From positions 992,001-1,056,000 of the forward strand of contig OZ224045.1 in NCBI GenBank assembly GCA_963665325.3: a stretch of DNA of 64,000 bases. Reading direction: 5' to 3'. Positions 46,311 to 56,808 of this stretch are shown piece after piece (position 1 is the first letter of the stretch; every line of letters begins with the position of its first letter). This stretch comes from Alphaproteobacteria bacterium (GTDB lineage: Bacteria; Pseudomonadota; Alphaproteobacteria; Bin95). Position numbers and translations under genes: made by a program. The notes beneath the pieces were generated by a model that saw only the letters and a program-made list of their open reading frames with translations, had not been told where the DNA came from and did no database searches.

Positions 46311-48306
<1,996 letters not shown>

Positions 48307-48336
48307 TCCGCGCCGTCATCGACGGCTCAGTGGATC

Positions 48337-48367
48337 GGGGCGCCCCACGGGGCGCCCCTTTTTCTTT
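48337..48367 (+). terminator. rho-independent terminator of groESL
   Basis: GGGGCGCCCC-AC-GGGGCGCCCC hairpin followed by TTTTTCTTT. Confidence 0.88.
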
Positions 48368-48376
48368 GTGCGTTAA

Positions 48377-48955
48377 GAGCCTGACTCGAAACTCCTTCAA
48401 GTTTGGCAAGCCCTTGCGAGCCTCCGTGTTGTGAGGCGGATGTGGGCGACATTGATCCACGCCTCGCTGGAGGCGATGGATTTCCCCCAGTCGTTTGCTA
48501 GGCGTCGGTAACGCCCGAGCCATGCGAAGGTGCGTTCGACGACCCACCGTCGGGGGAGGACTTCGAAGCCTTTGGCGGTATCGGAGCGCTTGACGAATTC
48601 GAGCGTCCACTTTCCGATCCTGTCCAGTGCGCCGCGCAGTTTCGGCCCGGCATAAGCGCCATCGGCGGACAGGTGGCGCAGCCATGGGCAGGCATGGCGT
48701 ATGGATTTCAGCACCGCCGTTGCGCCGCCGCGGTCCTGAATATCGGCTGCATGCACGACCAGTCCGAAGAGCATGCGGTGGTGTCGACGATGGCGTGGCG
48801 CTTGCGGCCCCCGGATCGGGGTCCGGGGCAGGCTCTTGATTTTCTTTCCGGCGTCATAGCCGCTAACCCCGCCTGCCTCGGTGGTTTTTGCCGTCTGGCT
48901 GTCGATGACGCCGGCCGAGGGGGCCCTCCCGTTCACGCGTTTGCATAGTCATATG
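48377..48955 (-). mobile_element. 5'-truncated IS5-family element (transposase remnant about 48397-48950)
   Basis: PSAGVIDSQ, GYDAGKKIK, ADIQDR, ADGAYAG, RRWVVERTFAW; putative right end TAA|GAGCCTGACTCGAAA at 48377; N-terminus missing, internal indels. Confidence 0.88.
48810..48834 (-). repeat. 25-nt REP-like palindromic mini-element inserted in the IS5 transposase
   Basis: AGCCTGCCCCGGACCCCGATCCGGG between KIK and the expected GRKRH; hairpin CCCGGA/TCCGGG. Confidence 0.7.
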
Positions 48956-48977
48956 TCGAAATTCGGAGCGCACTGTT

Positions 48978-50750
48978 TCATTGCAGGGGCTGCGGCCAGT
49001 CCTTGTGGTTCTTGGGATGGAACAAGAAGGCGTCCGACGGGTACTCGAACTGGTAGAGTCCCTTTCTTGACGCCGCCTGCGCCCAGCGCCGCATGTGCCT
49101 TTCGACATCTCTCTCGCAGTAGAATTCCGTGCGTTCGTCGAGAGGGTCCGACGCTTTTCTCGGCCATTTGGGATGGGCCATATAAAGCACGGCGGGATGC
49201 CTAACGACGCAGGACCTTCCTTGCTGTCGGCACTGTTCGATGGCTTCCGGATTAATGCCGCGGTGGATTGTGCCGTTAGTGCCGGGTGCCGGCGTTGGCG
49301 CTCGGTCGACCGTCGGCTTCCACACGGCCTCAAGCGCGTGATCGATCTCCTTCTGCTCCTCCACGGTCCAGCTCAATGAGTCTGACTTTACTGAAAGAAT
49401 TTGGGACTCGTCCCTGGGTGGATCGTGACGGATGGATTTGTGCTCAAGGCTAGAGTCCCAATCCTGCGGTCTTCCTTCAACGATCATCGTCTTGAGACTG
49501 GCCCGGACGACATCGAATACATCCGAAATCAAGCTGCTGCGGCTGTCAGCTTCTTCGCGTGTATTCGGAGAGGCGGGATTGCCGTGAACGATATCGGAAC
49601 GGAGGTTGTAGAAGCGCTTGAGCTTATCTCGGATGCGTTGCCGCTCTGGCACGGAGTCGGCGAAGTGCCATGAGCCGCGCCGGGCGATGGTCTTCCGTTG
49701 GTCCTTCCACTCGCCTGCCTCCATGAAAAGGGCTTCGAGCGCAATGCACAGATCGACTACGCGGTCTTCCTCCTCCAGTTTCTCGCTGGCGTTTCGAAGT
49801 CTGCGCAGCGCGATGTCCAGGCGGCGGCGCGACTGGCGCGTCAGCCCGCAAAATTTGTCCATCAGTTCCACGAGTTCTTGGGCGGGAAGCGGGCGCTGCT
49901 TCGATAGGCGTGGAAACCCCTCGGGCAGAAGTTCGACCGGATATCTGGTTCCTCCTCCTCCAGAGGCCATCCAGAAGGGTAAAACGGCCTCGGCAGCAAC
50001 AGGCATCGCGCGCCAGGTCTGGATCAGTCTTAGCCCGGGTCCCCAGACCAGGCCGATGACAAGAGCCAGCGTTTCCGCCCCATGCTGGATCAGGGGAGTA
50101 CCGAGCCATTCGTCTTCGAATGTAGGATGGGGGTCGGCGTGAACGAAGCCGGTGCACGCAAGTGCACAGATACCGCTGGCGTTCTCAGGAGGCGACGGGA
50201 AGCTGTCGGTAGGGCCGAAGGCCAAGTTCGCTTGGCGCAACGCCTGTCGGTATGGCAGTAAAGTGCAGTAATCGTCGAGATGTTTCGGCTGGGCGACGGA
50301 TGGCCCTTTGAGCAGATGGATTTCCTGCGCTTCCACCATGCCATGGCGGGCGAAATCGACGGCGTATCTTGCGGCGCTTTCCGCACCGTATAAGGCCGCC
50401 GCGACCACCAGTTTGCGGCTGGCAATCGTGTCGTCCAGCCGAGGCCCGCACTGCAGAGCCGGGTGTTGTCCGGTGACAACGGTTCCCGGGGGTCGTTGCG
50501 TTGATCGGCCGGCGTTCCAATGGGCTTCGATCCATCGCTGTATGGCCTGAAGTGCAGGCGAGTGGGCTGGCCACCCGCTGTCGACGACGAGCTTGTGCAG
50601 ACGATTCCCGCGTTGGAAAGAGTCCGGCAGCGAAGTCATCGACAAGAGCTCTGTGTTGCCGCCGAACTTAAATGGCACGGTGATCTCGTGTGTAGCGCGC
50701 AAAAGCAGGTCGTGGATCTCTTGAGAGTCGGAAATGCTGCTTATCGGCAT
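48978..50750 (-). CDS. HEPN (ApeA-like) domain-containing protein
   Basis: LCIALEALF...FYNLRSDIVHG (RxxxxH); 590 aa; lower GC than host genes. Confidence 0.75.
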   Translation of the reverse strand: MPISSISDSQEIHDLLLRATHEITVPFKFGGNTELLSMTSLPDSFQRGNRLHKLVVDSGWPAHSPALQAIQRWIEAHWNAGRSTQRPPGTVVTGQHPALQCGPRLDDTIASRKLVVAAALYGAESAARYAVDFARHGMVEAQEIHLLKGPSVAQPKHLDDYCTLLPYRQALRQANLAFGPTDSFPSPPENASGICALACTGFVHADPHPTFEDEWLGTPLIQHGAETLALVIGLVWGPGLRLIQTWRAMPVAAEAVLPFWMASGGGGTRYPVELLPEGFPRLSKQRPLPAQELVELMDKFCGLTRQSRRRLDIALRRLRNASEKLEEEDRVVDLCIALEALFMEAGEWKDQRKTIARRGSWHFADSVPERQRIRDKLKRFYNLRSDIVHGNPASPNTREEADSRSSLISDVFDVVRASLKTMIVEGRPQDWDSSLEHKSIRHDPPRDESQILSVKSDSLSWTVEEQKEIDHALEAVWKPTVDRAPTPAPGTNGTIHRGINPEAIEQCRQQGRSCVVRHPAVLYMAHPKWPRKASDPLDERTEFYCERDVERHMRRWAQAASRKGLYQFEYPSDAFLFHPKNHKDWPQPLQ

Positions 50751-51133
50751 GGCGTCGGATTTCGATCTCGTCTGTTTCGGACGGGCGGGGTGGAGCCAAT
50801 GGTGGAAACTGGTCTACTGGCGAATTGTCTCGTACGGAACATAGTCGGTCACGAAGATTGGGGATATAGTCCGCGCGAGAGCATTGGGTCCTACGTGTTG
50901 CATCCCGGGCAGTGGAAGCCTGCGGTGACGGAGGGGATCTGCCACGGAAAGGGCCGGACCTCACGCAATATCGCCTGCCGGCAGCCCTTCGATCCCCATT
51001 TTACCTCACCCACCGGCGGCGCTTACGGCTGCTTCAGCCTGAAACTCGAAATGAACCACTAGCGCATCGAGCGGCCTGGGAACGACAAAGGGGTTCGCGC
51101 TCCGGCCGGGACTTCCGATCCCTGCGCTGCCGG

Positions 51134-51210
51134 TGGTCGGGGCGGCGAGATTCGAACTCGCGACCTTCTGCTCCCAAAGCAGACGCGCTGCCAGGCTGCG
51201 CTACGCCCCG
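51134..51210 (-). tRNA. tRNA-Pro (anticodon TGG)
   Basis: CGGGGCGTAGCGCAGCCTGG...TCTGC-TTTGGGA-GCAGA...GTTCGAATC...CGCCCCGACCA; 77 nt with encoded CCA. Confidence 0.97.
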
Positions 51211-51671
51211 CCGGCCGGTTGTCTTCTACTCGCCCGGCCCGCCGCCCGCAATCGGCGCGGCTGCCGGGCGGCCCCGGTCCGGCGGCGGGCGGGGCGGCGG
51301 GCGCGCTCCAGGCCGTGGCGCTTCAGGAAGCGGTGCAAGGTGGAGGTTCCGAATAGGAGGCCATCGGCGGCCAGCCGGTCGCGGAGCGCGCGAATGCTGA
51401 GCCCCGGCCTTCGCTTCAGCAGGTGGACGATCCGCTCCCGCTCCGCCTCAATCCGCCACGACCGGAGATCACCGCCCTTCGGGTCGGGCCGCAGATGGCC
51501 GCGCTCCCGGTAGCGTTTCACCCAGCGGCTGACGCTGCGCCAGTTGACATCGAAATGGCGGCTCGCCGCCGCCAGGCTCATTCCCTCTTCCAGCACCGCC
51601 GCGGCCGCCCGGCGGCGCAGGTCCTCGCCATAGGCCCTGCCCCGCGACTGTCTCTTCATCGATTCCGTCAT
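51201..51671 (-). CDS. IS630 transposase N-terminal HTH-only protein (no DDE domain)
   Basis: RAYGEDLRRR...AASRHFDV...VSRWVKRYRERG...PKGG...STLHRFLKRHG, then Arg/Ala-rich tail; GGAG RBS. Confidence 0.7.
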   Translation of the reverse strand: MTESMKRQSRGRAYGEDLRRRAAAAVLEEGMSLAAASRHFDVNWRSVSRWVKRYRERGHLRPDPKGGDLRSWRIEAERERIVHLLKRRPGLSIRALRDRLAADGLLFGTSTLHRFLKRHGLERARRPARRRTGAARQPRRLRAAGRASRRQPAGGA

Positions 51672-51911
51672 CGTTGCTCCCCCGGCAGCGCCGCGCCGCC
51701 CTGCCTACGGTCTTGCCGCCGCGCCGGCGATGTTGGCCGCCCCGAATTACGACAGGCCGGTCGACACGCCCGCGGCCGGCGCGCACACCTTCCCCGCCCG
51801 GCCCCCGTGGCCGGTTTCGCCCTTCCAAATCCCGAATAGCGCCACAATGCGGCCCGTGCCGCACGCGCTCAGCACCGTCAGGTCATTCGCTTCTTTGTTC
51901 CTAATTCATAC

Positions 51912-51952
51912 TCTTGTGAAGGGGAATATAGGCCATATGGACACAAGATCAA
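51912..51952 (-). promoter_or_regulatory. putative promoter with overlapping inverted repeat, facing the IS630-HTH gene and tRNA-Pro
   Basis: minus strand TTGATC-N16-TATATT; TCTTGTG-N23-CACAAGA inverted repeat in an AT-rich patch. Confidence 0.45.
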
Positions 51953-52011
51953 ACTTTTTTCAGGAAAAAAAGCATGTATGCGGCCTTCCGCCTTAACCCG
52001 GACGCCCGCAA

Positions 52012-52035
52012 AGCCTGCCCGAACCCGATCCGGGG
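52012..52035 (+). repeat. second, degenerate copy of the REP-like mini-element
   Basis: AGCCTGCCCGAACCCGATCCGGGG versus AGCCTGCCCCGGACCCCGATCCGGG at 48810-48834. Confidence 0.55.
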
Positions 52036-52079
52036 CCGGCCGTGGTACACTGCCGGAAACAGTGAACGGGAGGCAGGCC

Positions 52080-53207
52080 ATGTCCGGGGAAACAGCAGCG
52101 GTCGGGACCCTCGACTATCGCCTCAGCCCCTTGCCGGTGCGCAGTAATCTCGTCGCCGCCCAGAAACGCGCCTGGGCGCGTCTGGCGGAGCCGGGCGAGT
52201 GGTGGTCCGGCGCGGTCCGGGTCGCCATCGCCGAGGAAACCCGTGCGGCGGAAGGCTGCGGGCTCTGTCGTGAGCGCAAGGCGGCGCTATCGCCTTATGC
52301 CGTGGCCGGAGCGCACAGCGCGGCGACGGACTTGCCGGAAATCCTGGTGGAGGTCATCCACCGGATCCGCACCGACCCCGGCCGCCTGACCCGGCGCTTC
52401 TATGAGGAGGCACTGGCCGGCGGGCTCACCGACGCGGAATATGTCGAGACCGTGGGCGTCATGGCCACGGTCATCGCCGTCGACAGCTTCTGCGATGCCA
52501 TGGGACTGCCGCGCCACGAGCTGCCGGTGCCCGCCCAAGGGGAGCCGCGCCGCCGACGGCCAGCCGGTGCGAAGGAGGGCCTCGCCTGGGTGCCGACCGT
52601 GGCGCCGGAGGACCTGACGGAGGGCGAAGCCGGCATGTATGAGGGCCTCTCGGCCGTGAACATCCACCGCGCTCTGTCGCTCGTGCCGGCGGAAGTGGTG
52701 GGCTTCTTCGACATGGATTCAGTGCACTACCTGCCGGACGGGCAACTCCGTGACTACGGCACGGAATACCGCGCGCTCACCCATGCCCAGACCGAGTTCC
52801 TCGCCGGGCGGGTGTCGGCCATCAACCGGTGCGTCTATTGAACCACCAGCCATGCTGTGCTGCTCCGTGAGAGCGGCCGACACACAGGCGACGACTACGA
52901 CCTGACCGCCATCGTCGAGGACGGTGCGGCCAGCGGCGGCGTGGCGGCAGGACAAGCGCTGGTCCGCTACGCAGACGCCTTCTACGAAGACGGGGACGGT
53001 TTCGCGGCGGCGCGGGACCGGCTGCATGAGGAGATCGGCGCGGAGGCGCTGGTCGATGCTGCGGGCGTGCTCGCCATCTTCAACGCCGTCGTCCGCATCG
53101 CTGATGCGACCGGCATCCCGCTGGAGGAGCAGAAGGCCCGGATGAGCGACGATTTCCGGGGCGCGCTCGGCATCGACGACTATCCCGCCGCCGCCGGCAA
53201 GGTGTAA
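52080..53207 (+). CDS. alkylhydroperoxidase (AhpD/CMD)-related selenoprotein, Sec at TGA 52839-52841
   Basis: RVSAINRCVY-TGA-TTSHAVLLRES continues in frame into track ORF 52857..53207; matches AhpD-like NxCxYCxxxH with U as second Cys; SECIS-like hairpin follows. Confidence 0.82.
52855..52887 (+). other. putative bacterial SECIS element
   Basis: GCTGCTC-CGTGA-GAGCGGC stem-loop with apical loop starting 24 nt after UGA and G at loop position 2; lower CTGT/ACAG pairing. Confidence 0.7.
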
Positions 53208-53291
53208 GGCGGCGATTTCCGGGGCCCGCGGGCACGATAAGGCGCATTTCCGCCTGTTCCCGGAGGCGAAGCTGTGGTTTGCTCCCGTGCC

Positions 53292-55034
53292 ATGACCGAA
53301 ATCGACGATCCCATCGCCTTCGAGCTGTTCAAGAACGCCATCTTCTCGATTGCCGACGAGATGGCGCTCACCATCTGCCGGACCACATATTCCGGCGTGC
53401 TGCGCGACAATATGGACTTCTCCACCGCCTTCGCGGATGCCGAAGGGCGGCTGGTGGCCCAGGGGCTGACCCTGCCGGGCCATCTGGGCTCCATCCCGAC
53501 CGCGCTCGCCACGGTGGTCGAGCGGTTCCGGGACGACATCCACCCGGGCGACGTGTTCTGCCTGAACGACCCGTTCGACGGCGGCATGCACCTGCCGGAC
53601 ATCTTCGTCTTCCAGCCGATCTTCCGCGAGGGGCGCCGGCTCGCCTTCGCCTGCACCATCTGCCACCACACCGATGTCGGCGGGCGCGTGGCGGGCTCCA
53701 ACGCTTCCGACTCGACCGAGATCTACCAGGAGGGGCTGCGCATCCCGCCGCTCAAAATGTTCGAGCGGGGCAAGCGCAACGAGACCCTCTGGACGCTGAT
53801 CGAGAGCAATGTCCGCCTGCCGGTCAGGCTCGCGGGCGACCTGCGCGCCCAGCTTGCGGCGTGCCACATTGCGGAAGCCGCCTTCCTCGATCTTGTGGAC
53901 AAATACGGCGAGGCACGCGTCGGCGTCTATATGGAGGCGGTGATCGACTATGCCGAGCGGCTGACCCGGGCCGCGCTCAGCGAACTGCCGGACGGCACAT
54001 GGTCCTTCGAGGACTGGATCGACGATGACGGCATCGACATCGGCAAGCCGATCCGCCTGTTCGTGACCTTCACCAAGACGGGCGACTCGATGCAGGCCGA
54101 CTGGACCGGGTCGGCGGCGCAGGTGAAGGGCGCCATCAACAACACGCTCTCCTTCACCAAGGCGGCGACCTATTGCGCGGTGCGCTCGATCCTGCCGCCG
54201 GGCATCCCGAATAATGAGGGTGTGTTCCGCGCCATACAGGTCACCGCGCCGCCCGCCACTATCGCCAATTCAGTGCTGCCGGCCGCCTGCGCGGCGCGCG
54301 GGCTCACGGGCTTCCGTATGGTGGACTGCGCCTTCGGCGCGCTCGCGCAATGCGCGCCGGACAAGGTGTTCGCCTGCTCCGACGGCGGAAACACGGGCGT
54401 GTCCATCGGCGGTTACGACAAGGAGCGCCGGCCCTTCATCTATGTCGATTTCGCCTGCGGCACTTGGGGCGGGCGGCCCTATGCCGACGGGCTGGAAGGC
54501 AATTCCAACATGTTCGCCAACATGGCCTCGCACTCGGTCGAGGTCACGGAGGCGGAGCAGCCGGTGCAGGTGCTGCGCTACGACCTGGTGGCCGACCGGA
54601 TGGGGGCGGGCGCCTATCGCGGCGGCGCGCCCTACCGGCGGGAATACCGCTTCCTGGAGCAGGAAGCGGTGTTGCAGGTGCGCGCCGACCGGATGGCCTT
54701 CCGGCCCTACGGCCTTTCGGGCGGCGGCCCGGGCGAGCCGGCGGCGAACTACCTGAACGGCGAGCCGGTCCCCTCCAAGATCACGCAGAACATCCATGCG
54801 GGCGATGTGTTCCTGCACGAGCTGGCGGGAGGCGGCGGCTGGGGCGACCCGCTGGAGCGCGAGCCGGCGGCGGTGGCGCTGGACGTGCTGAACGAGTTGC
54901 TCTCGTCCGAGGGCGCGGAGCGGGATTACGGCGTGGTGCTGGCTGCTGACGGGCGCACGGCAGACGAGGCGGCAACGGCGAGCCGCCGCGCCGGGATGCG
55001 CGCCGCAAGCGCCGGCAGCCGCGCGGCGGAATAA
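53292..55034 (+). CDS. hydantoinase B / oxoprolinase family protein
   Basis: DPIAFE, DFSTA, NDPFDGGMHLPD, HHTDVGG, EIYQEGLRIPP, GGGGWGDPLER. Confidence 0.92.
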   Translation: MTEIDDPIAFELFKNAIFSIADEMALTICRTTYSGVLRDNMDFSTAFADAEGRLVAQGLTLPGHLGSIPTALATVVERFRDDIHPGDVFCLNDPFDGGMHLPDIFVFQPIFREGRRLAFACTICHHTDVGGRVAGSNASDSTEIYQEGLRIPPLKMFERGKRNETLWTLIESNVRLPVRLAGDLRAQLAACHIAEAAFLDLVDKYGEARVGVYMEAVIDYAERLTRAALSELPDGTWSFEDWIDDDGIDIGKPIRLFVTFTKTGDSMQADWTGSAAQVKGAINNTLSFTKAATYCAVRSILPPGIPNNEGVFRAIQVTAPPATIANSVLPAACAARGLTGFRMVDCAFGALAQCAPDKVFACSDGGNTGVSIGGYDKERRPFIYVDFACGTWGGRPYADGLEGNSNMFANMASHSVEVTEAEQPVQVLRYDLVADRMGAGAYRGGAPYRREYRFLEQEAVLQVRADRMAFRPYGLSGGGPGEPAANYLNGEPVPSKITQNIHAGDVFLHELAGGGGWGDPLEREPAAVALDVLNELLSSEGAERDYGVVLAADGRTADEAATASRRAGMRAASAGSRAAE

Positions 55035-55067
55035 GCGGTCGGAGTTACGGTCTCGGCAGGCGCTGCC

Positions 55068-56246
55068 TCAGGCCGTCACGCCGCGTTCCGGCTCGCGCCT
55101 GTTTTCTGGGACGCGGCGGCAATGGAAACGGTCGAGATCGATGGTCGTGAAACGCCCGTCGAGGATCAATTCCGACAGGGCCCGGCCCGTTGCGGGTGCA
55201 TGCTGGAGCCCGTGGCCCGAAAATCCGGTCGCTATCAGGAAATTCGAAGCCGCGCCCGGCCATGCGCCGATAATCATGTTGCCGTCGAAGGTGTTGTAGG
55301 CGTAGTGGCAGGCCCAGGCGTTCCTGAGCCGGATCGCCTCGAACGCGGGCAGGCGGTGCGCGAGCCGCGGCCAGGCTTCGCTCTCGAACCCGTCCAGGTC
55401 CGGGTCCCAATCGAAATCGCCGGTGCGCTCATAGTCGGATATGCCTGCAATGAAGCCTGCGCCTTCGGGCCGGAATCCAATCGAGCGTCCGTCCGTGACG
55501 TCGGTGGTAAGCGGCAGCAGCTCGATCTCCGCCCGGCATTCGAAATACCAGGTCGTGCGCGGCATCGGCCGGACGGGAATGTCCAGGCCGATCATTGCGC
55601 AGACCTCATGCGCCCAGGCTCCGGTATTGTTGACGACCCAGTCGCCCTCGAGAACCTCGCCACTTTCGAGCGCGACCGAACGGACGAGACCGGATGAGAC
55701 CGTCAGCCCGACGGCGGTCCCCGCGATGTAGCTGACGCCGAGTGACCGCGCCTTGCGCCTGAGCGCCATCAGTGCGCCGTGCGAATCGATCCAGCCGTCG
55801 TCGGGGGAATGGGTCGCACAGACCACGTCGTCCACGCGGAGCGAGGGAAAGCGGGCCGCCGTCTCCGCCGCGTCGATAAGGTCGACATTGCAGCCAAGGC
55901 TTCCCTGGAGCGCGTGGATTTCGCACATGATGCCGGCCAAATCGGCCGAGGTCGCGATGTGCAGATAGCCTTGGCGGCGAAAGGACACGGTGGCCTCCTC
56001 GCCATCGACCGCCATTGTCTTCTCGTAGCCCCGGTAGAACTCGTGGCCGTATTGCGACATGCGCACATTCTCTTGCTGCGAGAACATGACCCGCACGCCG
56101 GCCGTCGTGCGGATCGAGGCCGCATGCTCATAGGAAGGATCGCGCTCGACCACCGCGATGCGCAAACCCGGCTCGCGGGCGACCAGGTGGTAAGCCGTGC
56201 TGCTGCCATGCAATCCGCCGCCGATGACGATGACATCGTATTTCAT
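55068..56246 (-). CDS. FAD-dependent oxidoreductase (DAO / sarcosine oxidase beta / FOXRED1-like)
   Basis: DVIVIGGGLHG, VERDPSY, ATGFSGHGLQHAPA.G. Confidence 0.9.
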   Translation of the reverse strand: MKYDVIVIGGGLHGSSTAYHLVAREPGLRIAVVERDPSYEHAASIRTTAGVRVMFSQQENVRMSQYGHEFYRGYEKTMAVDGEEATVSFRRQGYLHIATSADLAGIMCEIHALQGSLGCNVDLIDAAETAARFPSLRVDDVVCATHSPDDGWIDSHGALMALRRKARSLGVSYIAGTAVGLTVSSGLVRSVALESGEVLEGDWVVNNTGAWAHEVCAMIGLDIPVRPMPRTTWYFECRAEIELLPLTTDVTDGRSIGFRPEGAGFIAGISDYERTGDFDWDPDLDGFESEAWPRLAHRLPAFEAIRLRNAWACHYAYNTFDGNMIIGAWPGAASNFLIATGFSGHGLQHAPATGRALSELILDGRFTTIDLDRFHCRRVPENRREPERGVTA

Positions 56247-56427
56247 GGGCCCGCCCCGTTTGGTCCGCTTACCTTACACTGCCCTCACGATCATGGCTGG
56301 AGCGCCCGGCCTCGATAGCGATTACGCCGCTCCTGCGGTAGAGCGGCAGCTGCAAGGCATCGCCGCCAGTCGGAAGGGAGTGCGGGCTTCTACATGCGAT
56401 ATTCGACCGAACAGGAGCATTTGCCGA

Positions 56428-56565
56428 ACCCGGTACATCGCAGTCGGATTCCAAGTCGGCCGCTTGGTATTCGTGGCATGGACCCCGCGTGGCGACGCCC
56501 GCCGCATCATCGGCATGAGAAAGGCCAACACCCGGGAACGAGAGCTCTATGCACCCCGATTCAGA
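56428..56565 (+). pseudogene. BrnT toxin C-terminal fragment
   Basis: RYIAVG...LVFVAWTPRGDARRIIGMRKANTRERELY; no recognisable N-terminus and no normal stop. Confidence 0.7.
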
Positions 56566-56773
56566 CGATGCACTGCCGGGTATCAGCACTTCCGAATGCC
56601 AGGCAAAGTTCGCCAGAGCCCCGCTGCGTCGGGGCCGTGCGAAATCCGACGTGACGAAAGTCCGCGCCACCCTCCGCCTCGATCCCAATGTCCTCGCCGC
56701 CTTCCGCTCCGGCGGCCCCGGGTGGCAGACCTGTATCAACGACGCGCTCCGAAAAGCGGCAGGGCTGCCCTGA
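56549..56773 (+). CDS. BrnA antitoxin family protein (possibly degenerate)
   Basis: RRGRAK...TLRLDPNVLAAFRSGGPGWQTCINDALR. Confidence 0.78.
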   Translation: MHPDSDDALPGISTSECQAKFARAPLRRGRAKSDVTKVRATLRLDPNVLAAFRSGGPGWQTCINDALRKAAGLP

Positions 56774-56808
56774 CGTTTTTCCGCCGCTCCACCGGCGTCC
56801 CCGCGCCC

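Noticed and set aside
51030-51062. AGCCTGAAACTCGAAA resembling the IS5 end AGCCTGACTCGAAA at 48378, as a possible island att or IS end
   Set aside because: Short, gapped, in direct orientation and unrelated to the tRNA 3' end; chance cannot be excluded.
50520-51062. 180-aa plus-strand ORF in the island
   Set aside because: Overlaps the HEPN gene antisense and has no recognisable domain.
51880-51912. Possible alphaproteobacterial LexA box (GTTC-N7-GTTC)
   Set aside because: Only one good half-site; spacing and second half-site do not match.
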